DNA of 64,000 nucleotides from a virus (IMGVR_UViG_3300038428_000825:34884-98883), one strand, 5' to 3'. Shown: positions 49,345 to 59,236, counted from the stretch's first letter. A program made the numbers and translations. Notes: a model not told the origin generated them from the letters alone.

Positions 49345-50823
49345 ATGTTCAATTCCCTCCTGCTCGACAGCAACGACAGCGTCATCGCGGACCGGCTTTC
49401 CCGGCTGCAGGATTCCCTGCGCGGACTCACTCTCTCAACGCGCGAGGAGTACCAAGCCGCGGTGTATTCCATGGTCAATACGGTTCTGAATCTGGGTGAC
49501 AACATGCAGACCTTGACGCAGATCCGGTCGAAGCCTGCCATTGTCGGTGATCTGTCTCAGAACCTGACCTTGCTCAATCAGGACTCCAACGACATCGCTG
49601 CCGAGATCCTGCGGATCGAGAACAGCGCCGGCGACCTCTACAACCTTGCGGCTGCTTCCCAGAACGCACTGCGCCAGCTGATCCGTCAGTCGATCTACAT
49701 CTCGAACCAGCAGCAGTTCCTGGCGCCGTTCATTGACGATTCCGTTCTCCAGCCGGGCTACACGGCAACGCTTGATTACAACGCTGGTCTGGCAACACTT
49801 CCGCTGGGCACACAGACCCTGCTTTCGCCGACTTTCTCGATAGGGATAGGCAGCTCAGGGAGCGCCGTCAATGCCATCAGCAACCTGTCCTCCACGGCTG
49901 TGGGCACGTCCTTTCAGTGGTCCGGCTCTTCGTTGGAGTTGCTCCTGTCATTTCCCAGCCCTACGATCGTCAACAGGTTGCAGATCGCACTGGACACCTA
50001 CTCCGGCCTTGAGATCACCAACCTGACCAGTTCTCCCGATGGTCTGGTGTTCAACGACGTGCTGGCAGACCTCGATGTGCCCATGATCATTCTGGATGCC
50101 ACATCGGGGAAATGCTCTGGCGATGTGATCATCGACTTTCCGCCCCGTCTGGTTCAACAGATGAGGGTGGTGATTGCCTGCCGCGCGGGCCAGACGAGCT
50201 TTGCTCTGCGCTCGTTCAATGCCTACAAACGGTCCTACCAATCGTCGGGGATGGTGACCAGCCAGCCAATCTATCTTTCCAGCACCTCGGCCCAATTCGC
50301 CGCCGAGCAGGTCACCACCAGCCCGTACACTTCCATCACCCACCAGATCTCCACGGATGGTGTGAACTTCGTAAGCATCACACCTGGGGTCGTGGCTGTG
50401 TCACAGCCCTTCTGGTATCGGGCGATTCTGAATCGCAGCGATAGCGCCTTCAGCCAACAGAGTTCGCCGCTGTTGCCGCTGCCATCGAGTGCGGCTGCAA
50501 ATACGCCGTACACGATCAACAGCCAGACCACCACGACTTTGAATAACGGGATGGTCGAGCAGACTATCGTCTTGAGCAATGTCACAGGCCCTGTGGTCTT
50601 TCAGGACGCACCGCTCACCGGCAGCCTGAGCGCGCAGGTGGGATCGCTCTTCTTGAAGAACACTTCCGACTTCACGCTGACAGGCAACACTCTGACCTTA
50701 ACTGCTACGCAATCTCTGGTGACCATCTCCTATCAGACGTCCGCGCTGGGTGCATCGGCTCTTGCTTCGTTGCAAGGCTACTACTCCCCACTTCTCTACG
50801 AAGCCAGTTTCCAGGCAGTCTAA
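49345..50823 (+). CDS. Structural protein (coiled-coil N-terminus, beta-sandwich body)
   Basis: 492-aa contiguous ORF; SSPDG/STDG turn motifs. Confidence 0.65.
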   Translation: MFNSLLLDSNDSVIADRLSRLQDSLRGLTLSTREEYQAAVYSMVNTVLNLGDNMQTLTQIRSKPAIVGDLSQNLTLLNQDSNDIAAEILRIENSAGDLYNLAAASQNALRQLIRQSIYISNQQQFLAPFIDDSVLQPGYTATLDYNAGLATLPLGTQTLLSPTFSIGIGSSGSAVNAISNLSSTAVGTSFQWSGSSLELLLSFPSPTIVNRLQIALDTYSGLEITNLTSSPDGLVFNDVLADLDVPMIILDATSGKCSGDVIIDFPPRLVQQMRVVIACRAGQTSFALRSFNAYKRSYQSSGMVTSQPIYLSSTSAQFAAEQVTTSPYTSITHQISTDGVNFVSITPGVVAVSQPFWYRAILNRSDSAFSQQSSPLLPLPSSAAANTPYTINSQTTTTLNNGMVEQTIVLSNVTGPVVFQDAPLTGSLSAQVGSLFLKNTSDFTLTGNTLTLTATQSLVTISYQTSALGASALASLQGYYSPLLYEASFQAV

Positions 50824-50825
50824 TC

Positions 50826-52169
50826 ATGAGCACATCCCTTCCTACATTCCAATTTGGTGAAGTTGCTTCGGCGTCGCAGCTGATGGCTGCGTTCAATGTT
50901 CTGTGGAATCAGGGAGAGGACATCCTGAATGCCCTGACCAACTATCGCAATCTGTCATTGGTGGATTTCCAGCAGCAAGTCGAGGCCCTGAACAGCCGGC
51001 TGCAACGGGCCAATCGCATCAGCCCGCCCTACACGACCGTGAACTTCGTCACCACGGACTTTCTGGACATCGATCAGACTCAGACATCGGCCACAGTTCG
51101 CGCCGATGCGCAGGCCGTCACTCTCAAAGAGAGATCCACGACAACCAATGCCGTCATCCGGAACCAGACCTTTGCAACATCGGATGGAACGGCAGAAGCC
51201 ATCTCGACTGACAATTCGCTCTTTCGCGTCAACACGACGGACGGTTCAATTCCAACTGGCACATTCACGGTGCAGTTGGCTCAGTCCTTGAACATGACGG
51301 TGCTGACCTTTGACCTGGCTGCCATGCCGCCGACTCCGGTTTTCAAGGTCTCAGCATCACCTGACGGAACCACATTCACGCAAGCCGTACAGGTGAGCAT
51401 GAACGGGTATCGCCTGACGGCTTGGTTCGCGCCGATGGAGATGCTTTACATCACCTTGGCGATTACGCCGGCGGCGCCCGACACACTGGGAGGTTCGTCA
51501 TACACCTTCGGCCTTACAGACTTCGCCGGGACTGAGACAGAATTCGAGATGGTGTCCGAGATGGTGACGAAACCCATCTTCTTCACTCCCGCCAGCGCCA
51601 ACCTGAAACTGGTCGCACCTGCGACTCCAGGCATTCTTTACTTCCTCAGCTTCAATGGGGGCCTTTGGCAAGAGTATGCAGCCGGCAGTGTGGTTCCTGT
51701 TCCCAACACAGGCACAGTTTCGGCTACAGGCGTCACTGTGTCGGCCATGTCGGGCGCACCGGAATATGGCGGTTACAGCGTCAATATGCCAAGCGGCACT
51801 CGTGAGTTTGAAACGATCTTCTTGAACTCGATCCAAGTCACTGACCTGACAACTGGGCTTCCGCTTAGAGTGGCACCGGGGCTGAACCCTGCATTTGCCA
51901 ACCCCCTTGGGGTGAACGGTGGAAGGTATGGACCTATTCCTGGGATGACTCATGACTATGTGGCGCAGGGTGGGTATGGGGGCGGTCTGATGCTGATCCC
52001 CGGCAACCCAACCAACACCTTCTCAGGGAAGACCTACAGTGTCTCCTACTCAGGGGTCACCGCAAACTGGATTCCCATCACTTGGTCCGTGCAACTCAAA
52101 GTTCAACTGTCCACTTCAGATCGAACCGTGACGCCCACTTTCACCGGCGCGTCGCTGCAGGAGATGTAA
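50826..52169 (+). CDS. Structural protein (coiled-coil N-terminus, beta-sandwich body)
   Basis: 447-aa ORF; VSASPDGTTF; C-terminal LKVQLSTSDRTVTP. Confidence 0.65.
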   Translation: MSTSLPTFQFGEVASASQLMAAFNVLWNQGEDILNALTNYRNLSLVDFQQQVEALNSRLQRANRISPPYTTVNFVTTDFLDIDQTQTSATVRADAQAVTLKERSTTTNAVIRNQTFATSDGTAEAISTDNSLFRVNTTDGSIPTGTFTVQLAQSLNMTVLTFDLAAMPPTPVFKVSASPDGTTFTQAVQVSMNGYRLTAWFAPMEMLYITLAITPAAPDTLGGSSYTFGLTDFAGTETEFEMVSEMVTKPIFFTPASANLKLVAPATPGILYFLSFNGGLWQEYAAGSVVPVPNTGTVSATGVTVSAMSGAPEYGGYSVNMPSGTREFETIFLNSIQVTDLTTGLPLRVAPGLNPAFANPLGVNGGRYGPIPGMTHDYVAQGGYGGGLMLIPGNPTNTFSGKTYSVSYSGVTANWIPITWSVQLKVQLSTSDRTVTPTFTGASLQEM

Positions 52170-52651
52170 TGAAAGGCAAGCAACCCGTCATCGATGCATT
52201 GAACCAGGCCGCGCGCGCCGAGCTTCAGGCGATCTGTCAGTACCGTACTCACCGGGAAATGCAAAAGGCAGCGGGATACAGCAGGCTGTCCAAACGGCTC
52301 TCCCGCGAGCACCTGGAAGACGAGGAGAGGCATCTCCGTCTCTTCATGGAGCGGATCATCTTCCTTGAAGGTGTTCCCGACATCAGCCACATGCCCAGCC
52401 TGAAGATCGGCGACAACATCCCGGCCCAGTTCGAGAACGACTTGTCGGCCGAGTATGAGGCGATCGCTCAGTACAGAGAGGCATCCATTCTCTGCGGAAC
52501 ACAGGGTGACTTCACCTCGCAGAACCTGTTCGAGGACATCCTGGCCGAGGAAGAAGATCACGCCTCGGACTTCGAGCAGCAACTTGCGGTCATCAATCAG
52601 ACTGGGCTGGAGGCTTACCTCGCCCGGAATTCACACGTTGAGGCGAAATAA
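52169..52651 (+). CDS. bfr: Bacterioferritin-like protein
   Basis: MKGKQPVIDALN...EL.AI.QY..H...DE..H...ERIIFLEG.P...DL..E...D..S..LFE.IL.EEE.H; ferroxidase ligands present. Confidence 0.9.
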   Translation: MKGKQPVIDALNQAARAELQAICQYRTHREMQKAAGYSRLSKRLSREHLEDEERHLRLFMERIIFLEGVPDISHMPSLKIGDNIPAQFENDLSAEYEAIAQYREASILCGTQGDFTSQNLFEDILAEEEDHASDFEQQLAVINQTGLEAYLARNSHVEAK

Positions 52652-53391
52652 TGGCCACCCTTCCACTGACATCTCTCGCGTTGGTTTCCACACAGAGAAC
52701 CGTGCCCTTGAACGGTTCCCCAACGTCGCAGGACTACAACGATGACCAGAACGACGGGCTGATCGATCTCACATCGATCGTCTCGTTCATCAATGGGACA
52801 CTCATTCCACTGCTGCAGGTGCTGCCTGGTCTGGCTGCGACCGCGGGCCTCGAAGGCCGCGCAATCAACACAGACTCCACCAACCTGACGGCGCTGTGCT
52901 TCAATGCTCTGACTTCGACACCTCTGACGGTCGCCCAGTCTCTTAACTACTTGCAGAACCTGCAGACGAACTTGCAGGGTCAGATGACCAGCCTGAGCAC
53001 ACATGTGGCGGTTCTCTCCTCGCAGTTGTCAGCCACCAACCAGAACGACATTTCACTGGCCTTGCAGAACTTCCAGTCGGTGCTGAACACAACGACTGCG
53101 ACTCTCAATGCCCTTCAGACTGCTGTCAACAACAACGCGGCCACAACGGCGCAGGTGGTGACGCCCTCGATCGCGGCATCGAGCCATACGAATGTCGTTG
53201 TGGGCTGGGCCAGTTCCTTCACCGGCAACAACTACACCGTCACCCTTTCGGTGGAAGACTCGACCGGCTTCCTGCAGATCGACTCCTGGTTCTATAACGC
53301 TGGAGGGGCAGGTGTGACCGTCAAGGTAAGCAACACCGACTCCGCCGCGGCCCACACCGGCACCATTCATGCCATCGCCATTCCTGCCTAA
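52651..53391 (+). CDS. Coiled-coil fibre-like structural protein
   Basis: TAATG-coupled; heptad region followed by a beta-rich tip ending IHAIAI. Confidence 0.6.
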   Translation: MATLPLTSLALVSTQRTVPLNGSPTSQDYNDDQNDGLIDLTSIVSFINGTLIPLLQVLPGLAATAGLEGRAINTDSTNLTALCFNALTSTPLTVAQSLNYLQNLQTNLQGQMTSLSTHVAVLSSQLSATNQNDISLALQNFQSVLNTTTATLNALQTAVNNNAATTAQVVTPSIAASSHTNVVVGWASSFTGNNYTVTLSVEDSTGFLQIDSWFYNAGGAGVTVKVSNTDSAAAHTGTIHAIAIPA

Positions 53392-53433
53392 CTGTTAGTA
53401 GGAAAGCACAACTGCTGACTTCCGAGGGACTCC

Positions 53434-56400
53434 GTGCGCCAGCTTAAATCCATCCTTGCATTCCTGTTCGTTCTCCTGCCTGTTCTGGCCTACGGCCAGG
53501 TCACGCAGCTTTCCGGGCCTGTAAAGAACAATGCCAATGCGGCCGTACCGAATGCCACGGTGACGTTCGTCCTGACGAACTGCGGGTCATCTGCGCCTAC
53601 GAATCCAGTTGACGTGGCGATCACCACCTCCGGGGGTTATATCAATGCGGAGATCCCCAGGAACCACAGCTTCAAGTGCATCGGAACAGACTACTACCAG
53701 GTCACTCTGACGGACGCCTCCGGCAATCTGATCTGGACGCGGCCGTACATGTTCACGACTCAGGTGGGCAACCTGAATAGTCCTCTGACGACGCTTCCTC
53801 CGGCGGTCCCTGGATTGAGTTCAGGAAATGGCGCGATTCTGGATGCAAAGCAGATCGGCGGTGTCTACCAGGTCGATCAGTTCTCTGGTTCGGACATCGG
53901 AGTCAAGATTGCCAATTGCCTGAGTGGGTTGAATCAGACCTACGGCGGCACCTGCGATGCACGGAACTTTGTGGGAACGCTGTCGATGGCGTCGAACCTG
54001 ACGATCTCGACGACCAACGCCGTGATCTATCTGCCTTGCGCCACGATCTCGACGGCCAGTCAGATCATTGTGCCGGCAGCCGTGCGCAATGTGGTTCTTC
54101 ATGGCTGTTCTCTGCGAGGTGTTAGCACCGCGAGTGGAAGCCTGGGAGGCACCGTTCTTCTGTACTCCGGTCCGAGCAATGCCGTTCAGGTCGGGGATAC
54201 CACGTATGCCCAGAACACAATGGGCTTCAAGATGGACAACGTGGCCATCAACACCACAGGATCGACCAGCGCGGCGACCGGCTTCTATGCCTATCGCGCG
54301 CAGGAGATCCGCCTTGAGAGCAGCTACTTCCTCGGCAATCAGAACCAGACTGGCATGACCATTGACGGCACCGGCAATTATGCCGGTGGCACCTTCGAGG
54401 ACATGGAGTTCACTGGCTTCGGACAGGCGATCAATGGCACGGGCCATCTGATCTCGAATGCAGCCACAACGGACTGGATGAATGCCAGCACCTTCATCAG
54501 AGTTCACATCGATTGCCCGGAGAGTAATGGCAATCCGATCACAGGTATCTACGGCATCAACCTGCAAGCAGGCGATGGGAATACCTTCATCGGCGGCGAT
54601 GTCGAGGGTTGCGGGACCATGTTCCATCTCGGCTCGCACGCACAGAACAACACGATCCTGGGCCTGCGCAACGAGGTCTCCGCCATTCAGTATCAGGCGG
54701 ACTCGGGTTCGCAGTTCAATTCCGTGCTCACAGGCGGCACCTTCTTTACCGGCGATCTGATCGACAACGGCAGCCGCAACAACTTCGAGGATGCATTCCA
54801 CCGCGACTCCAATGGCATGAAGGGCGACTGGTACGCCAGCCAGCAGGACACGACCATCGTCGATCACCAGCGACTGGGGATTGGTCTGGGCAATGAGAGG
54901 GGCCGGCTGACCGAGATCCAAACCGACTACGGCTACCGCTGGACCTACGGCCTCGGCGATGGTACTGGTGGCATGCAGACCTATTACGTCCAGGACATGC
55001 TCAACAGAGTCTACCGGCTTTCGATCGGGCAATACCTGAGCGCGAACTCGAATAGTGTTGTGGCCGTGTCCTTGAACAACGGCGGTACCTATACGTCTTC
55101 GACACCTCCGACGATCACATTCACAGGCGGAGGCGGGACAGGCGCCGCTGGTACCGCTGTCATGTATGGAAGCGGCACCAGCTGGTACGTGCTTTCAGTT
55201 ACCATGACCAACAACGGGGCCGGGTACACCAGCGCGCCTACGGTCACATTTACTGGCTCCAACCAAACCAAGGCGCCGAACGCCTTGGCCGAGATCACCC
55301 TTTCTGGAAGTACCAACAACCAGACGGTTCTCAATGCTGCAGGCACTGGCGCGGTCATCATCAATGGTTCCAATAACTCCGGCACAGGCGGCCTCGTCTT
55401 GGGATCTGGTGGTCCAAGCGAGACCACTGTTGCAGTGATCGACGGCAATGGAAATGCCTTGTTCGATGGCACTCTCACTGTGGCGGGCGAGACGGTCTTT
55501 CAATCCTCTGCTGAGGTGCGAAACGGTGTTGATGCAGAGTCTGACTTCTCGTTGTGGTCTGGTCTGACGACCGCTCAGAAGGAGTCTCTCACTTACAAGG
55601 ACTGGAACGGCAACAGCCAGTGGTACATGGAGAAGGATCAGTACAACAACTGGGTGTTGAACTCCGCAATCGACAACCTTGATCACTTCAAGGCCTACCA
55701 GAACGGAGATGATTACATCGATGCGGGCAGCGGTGCAAATGTTCGCATCAACTACGAGAGCGGTTCTGGCTCCGGTTTTGCTGTCTACGGTGGCAACAGC
55801 TCGACTTTGTATTTCAGCCTCACAGCAGCGAATGCTGTCAAGATCCCTGGGCTTGCCGCGAGCAGCGGGCACAACTGTTTGCAGATCGACAACTCGGGCT
55901 GGGTCACCAACACCGGCTCAGCTTGCGGATCTGGATCGACGGGCGGAACAGTCACCAGTGTCGGGCTGACAGAGACGGACAGTTCGAGCTATTTCACCAT
56001 CACAAGCAGTCCTGTCACTTCCTCCGGGAACCTCGGCATCAAGCTGACAAGCGTGACCGGCACTGGCAACCAACTGGTGACTTCGGCCAGTCCGGTCATC
56101 AATGATCTGGCCATGACAGGCTACGCCGAGATCGGCGGCGCGCCGTACGCATCGTCTCCTGAGTTCCTCATTGCAGACACAAGTGCTGTTGTGCCGATGT
56201 TCATCATGCCTACTTACTTTGGCATCGTGGCTCCGAACTCTGGAGCTTACGATCTCATGGAGTTCTGGCAGAACGGCACGATTGTCTTCGAGATGGGGAT
56301 GGCCGGTGACATCACGAGAGGCAGCTGGTCGGGATCGCCGATCCAGAATGTATACCTGGCCAATTCCACGATCACCATCAACGGAACGACCTGTACGCTG

Positions 56401-58491
56401 GGATCGCCCTGCACGGTGAGCACCAGCACTTTCTCTGGCACTTCTCTGCCCAGCACGGTGACCGGGTCCCACCTCACCAGTGTCGGAACGATCACTACAG
56501 GCGTGTGGCAAGGAACTCCGATTGCGAACGCGTATTTGGCCAATTCCTCGACCACGGTCAACGGCCAGCCATGTGCTCTCGGCGGCGCCTGCACGATCAC
56601 AGCTTCTCTTTCTGGTACGAGCCTTCCCAGTTCGGTCGTGACCTCTTATCTGACGGCAGTGGGGACGATCACCACCGGCGTCTGGCAGGGCACGCCTGTT
56701 GCGAATGCCTATCTGGCCAACTCATCGGTGACGGTGGCCAGCCAGAGCTGCGTGCTTGGATCATCCTGCGCAATCGCTGCGGCGAACCTGAGTAACGGCA
56801 CGAGCGGCACCGGAGCAGTCGCGCTGGTGAACGCACCGACCTTCACGGGCAACGTCACGACACACGCGAACAATGCCGCCAGCCAGGACTACGTGATCAT
56901 CCAGCCAGGCACAGGTGGCACCGACTACATTGGTGCTCTGGAGTTCGCCAACTACGCGGGCACCAGCCAATGGGAAGTTCGCAAGGACGCGAGCAACACC
57001 TTCCGGATCCGGGACACCGTCAACTCGGTTGACCGCTTCATTCAATATGCCGGCAGCCAGACACAAATCAACTCCGGTGGAACTTCTTCGGTGGCCATCA
57101 ACGGCGCTAGCTCTTCTGGCTCCGGGGGCTTTGTGGTCTATGAAGGTGGGTTGAACTACACGACCCTCGCCTTCGCGGTGACCAGCTCGGGCAATGCCAA
57201 TGTGGCCGGAGTCATCACGGCGGCGGGTGTCAAGGACACGGGCATCCTTTCTGCATATCTGATCGGGACCGACAGCAGCGGAGATCTGCTTGCCGAAACC
57301 ATGTCGGGGGATGCAACTCTGGGTTCCGGCGGCGCCTTGACACTGGCTTCAGTGAATGGCAATACAGGGAGCTTCGGTTCCTCGACGGCGATCCCGACCT
57401 TCACCGTCAATGCCAAAGGGCTTATCACAGCAGCAGGCTCGACGGCAGTCATTGCGCCGGCCGGCACCTTGACAGGCACGGCTCTGGCGTCGACCGTGGT
57501 GACCTCTTCACTGACCACGGTTGGCACGATCGGCACAGGTGTCTGGCAAGGCACGGCGATCGGAGTGGGATTCGGAGGCCTGAACACATCCACAGCTCCT
57601 TCGTCCGGCCAGATCCTCATTGCGCAGTCGACGACGGCCTACGCGCCGGAGACGGTCTCTGGAGATTGCACTCTGACAGCTGCTGGTGCGATCACCTGCA
57701 CCAAGAGCAACGGCACGGCATTTGGCACGGGCGCCTTTGCGGTCATCGCCAACTACGCTACTTTGGCTTCGCCGGCATTCACCGGAACACCCTCCGCACC
57801 AACGCAGACTACCGGCGACAATACAACTGACCTGGCAACGGATGCCTTTGTGAACGCATCCATCACAGCCGGCGGCTTCCTGACCACTTCTTCGGCTTCC
57901 AGCACGTACGCGCCGAAGGCCTCGCCTACTTTTAGTGGTACGGTTACGGTGCCAACAGAGACCATTGTCTCCAGCGGCAACATGCATTTGGACGCGGCGG
58001 CTGGGGCTTACTACGTTTGCATCAACTGCGACAACAACACCGGCACCAGCGGTTTCGTTGTCCAGAACGGAACAGGCAGCAGCCCCACGACCGAGTTCCA
58101 GGTGACCGGATCTGGCAACACGACGGCCACTGGTTACCTCTCTTCGAAGGGCTGGTTCGGCAACTACACGGCCAGCTATACGGCCGGAGCAGCGGCCGGC
58201 ACCAGCCCAACCATTGCCTGCGCCACTACACATACCTGCACCAACATCCAGGGCACCTACAGCATCAAGACGGGCACCAGTCCCACGACCGGTACTCTCG
58301 TGACGATCAACCTCAATCACACACAGAACAATATCCTCGACTGCTCGAGCGATCTCTGGCTCCCTGGCACTGGCCACATCCTTACCTACGAGCTCACCAA
58401 CTCCACCACCAGCACTATTGTGGTGACCTTGGATGCGGCCCTGACCGCGTCGACCACCTATTACTTCACCTACGTCTGCGGCAGCTACTAA
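53434..58491 (+). CDS. Very large fibre/adhesin-like protein with beta-helix-like region, repeats and an N-terminal signal-peptide-like sequence
   Basis: 1685 aa, Gly/Thr/Ser-rich; GVWQGT repeats; LASPAFTGTPSAPT...ATDAFV fibre motif; MRQLKSILAFLFVLLPVLAYG leader. Confidence 0.7.
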   Translation: MRQLKSILAFLFVLLPVLAYGQVTQLSGPVKNNANAAVPNATVTFVLTNCGSSAPTNPVDVAITTSGGYINAEIPRNHSFKCIGTDYYQVTLTDASGNLIWTRPYMFTTQVGNLNSPLTTLPPAVPGLSSGNGAILDAKQIGGVYQVDQFSGSDIGVKIANCLSGLNQTYGGTCDARNFVGTLSMASNLTISTTNAVIYLPCATISTASQIIVPAAVRNVVLHGCSLRGVSTASGSLGGTVLLYSGPSNAVQVGDTTYAQNTMGFKMDNVAINTTGSTSAATGFYAYRAQEIRLESSYFLGNQNQTGMTIDGTGNYAGGTFEDMEFTGFGQAINGTGHLISNAATTDWMNASTFIRVHIDCPESNGNPITGIYGINLQAGDGNTFIGGDVEGCGTMFHLGSHAQNNTILGLRNEVSAIQYQADSGSQFNSVLTGGTFFTGDLIDNGSRNNFEDAFHRDSNGMKGDWYASQQDTTIVDHQRLGIGLGNERGRLTEIQTDYGYRWTYGLGDGTGGMQTYYVQDMLNRVYRLSIGQYLSANSNSVVAVSLNNGGTYTSSTPPTITFTGGGGTGAAGTAVMYGSGTSWYVLSVTMTNNGAGYTSAPTVTFTGSNQTKAPNALAEITLSGSTNNQTVLNAAGTGAVIINGSNNSGTGGLVLGSGGPSETTVAVIDGNGNALFDGTLTVAGETVFQSSAEVRNGVDAESDFSLWSGLTTAQKESLTYKDWNGNSQWYMEKDQYNNWVLNSAIDNLDHFKAYQNGDDYIDAGSGANVRINYESGSGSGFAVYGGNSSTLYFSLTAANAVKIPGLAASSGHNCLQIDNSGWVTNTGSACGSGSTGGTVTSVGLTETDSSSYFTITSSPVTSSGNLGIKLTSVTGTGNQLVTSASPVINDLAMTGYAEIGGAPYASSPEFLIADTSAVVPMFIMPTYFGIVAPNSGAYDLMEFWQNGTIVFEMGMAGDITRGSWSGSPIQNVYLANSTITINGTTCTLGSPCTVSTSTFSGTSLPSTVTGSHLTSVGTITTGVWQGTPIANAYLANSSTTVNGQPCALGGACTITASLSGTSLPSSVVTSYLTAVGTITTGVWQGTPVANAYLANSSVTVASQSCVLGSSCAIAAANLSNGTSGTGAVALVNAPTFTGNVTTHANNAASQDYVIIQPGTGGTDYIGALEFANYAGTSQWEVRKDASNTFRIRDTVNSVDRFIQYAGSQTQINSGGTSSVAINGASSSGSGGFVVYEGGLNYTTLAFAVTSSGNANVAGVITAAGVKDTGILSAYLIGTDSSGDLLAETMSGDATLGSGGALTLASVNGNTGSFGSSTAIPTFTVNAKGLITAAGSTAVIAPAGTLTGTALASTVVTSSLTTVGTIGTGVWQGTAIGVGFGGLNTSTAPSSGQILIAQSTTAYAPETVSGDCTLTAAGAITCTKSNGTAFGTGAFAVIANYATLASPAFTGTPSAPTQTTGDNTTDLATDAFVNASITAGGFLTTSSASSTYAPKASPTFSGTVTVPTETIVSSGNMHLDAAAGAYYVCINCDNNTGTSGFVVQNGTGSSPTTEFQVTGSGNTTATGYLSSKGWFGNYTASYTAGAAAGTSPTIACATTHTCTNIQGTYSIKTGTSPTTGTLVTINLNHTQNNILDCSSDLWLPGTGHILTYELTNSTTSTIVVTLDAALTASTTYYFTYVCGSY

Positions 58492-58499
58492 ATGGCTGG

Positions 58500-58512
58500 C
58501 TATACTAGACAG
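58500..58512 (+). promoter_or_regulatory. Fourth copy of the TATACTAGAC motif
   Basis: CTATACTAGACAG, intergenic, before GGAGG RBS and GTG 58527. Confidence 0.55.
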
Positions 58513-58526
58513 CTTTTGGAGGCAGC

Positions 58527-58928
58527 GTGCCTGTGGCAACGAAGACGCGGAAGCTGGTTTCCTATTCGGTCCGGCGGAAGCACAACCAGAAGCGGCCGTC
58601 ATCGAAGCTTGAGAAGGCAGTCTATGCCTTGCTCAAGGCCGAGAAGATTCTCTTCACAAAGGAGAAGCAGATCGGCCGTTGTCATGTAGACGTCTTCATC
58701 GAGCCGCGCGCGGTCGTGGAGATTCAGGGCTGCTACTGGCACAAGCACACTTGCCACCGGCCCAAGGCTGGCTGGACGCACGAGGATCTGGCCGTTCAAG
58801 CCAGGGACAGCGATCGCTTCGCTTACCTCAAGGCTCTGGGTTATCAGGTCGTCGTGATCTGGGAGTGCGAGATCGAGAAAGATCCCGAATGGATTCGATC
58901 GCTGCTGCGCAGCCTCAAGCAGGTCTAG
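58527..58928 (+). CDS. Vsr/DUF559-like endonuclease
   Basis: SKLE...VDVFI...VVEIQGCYWH...D..R...L...GYQVVVIWECEI. Confidence 0.85.
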   Translation: MPVATKTRKLVSYSVRRKHNQKRPSSKLEKAVYALLKAEKILFTKEKQIGRCHVDVFIEPRAVVEIQGCYWHKHTCHRPKAGWTHEDLAVQARDSDRFAYLKALGYQVVVIWECEIEKDPEWIRSLLRSLKQV

Positions 58929-59191
58929 TGGCCGAGAAGATAGATTCCCAAAGCACCCACACCGATGATTCCTCCGACAACAAGCAGGACAAGACAGATG
59001 CTTATCAGGGCGGGCTGGATCGAGTTCTTCCAGGCATAGCGTACGGGATGATGTGCTTTCTCGTATGCCGCTTCTGCCAGGATTGCTTCTCGCGTGTCGA
59101 GGCTGACCCCTTCAGACCCAAACTCATCTCGTCGGTTGTATAAGGTCGTGGCAGTCCTTGTGGCGACCTGAATGATTGACAAGGGGTTCAT
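58925..59191 (-). CDS. Small membrane protein
   Basis: C-terminal hydrophobic helix; converges on the Vsr-like gene. Confidence 0.5.
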   Translation of the reverse strand: MNPLSIIQVATRTATTLYNRRDEFGSEGVSLDTREAILAEAAYEKAHHPVRYAWKNSIQPALISICLVLLVVGGIIGVGALGIYLLGH

Positions 59192-59236
59192 GCCAGGATT
59201 CTACACCGGTTCACCCTCACCAACTTTGGAGACACC

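Noticed and set aside
52082-52168. N-terminal extensions from the ORF track (52082 for bfr; also 30906, 30816, 62855, 43400, 11888, 6747, 4423)
   Set aside because: Downstream ATGs have better RBS or stop/start coupling and match family N-termini
43436-58491. Diversity-generating retroelement or invertible fibre cassette
   Set aside because: No reverse transcriptase, no adenine-variant template/variable repeat pair and no invertase seen near the fibre genes
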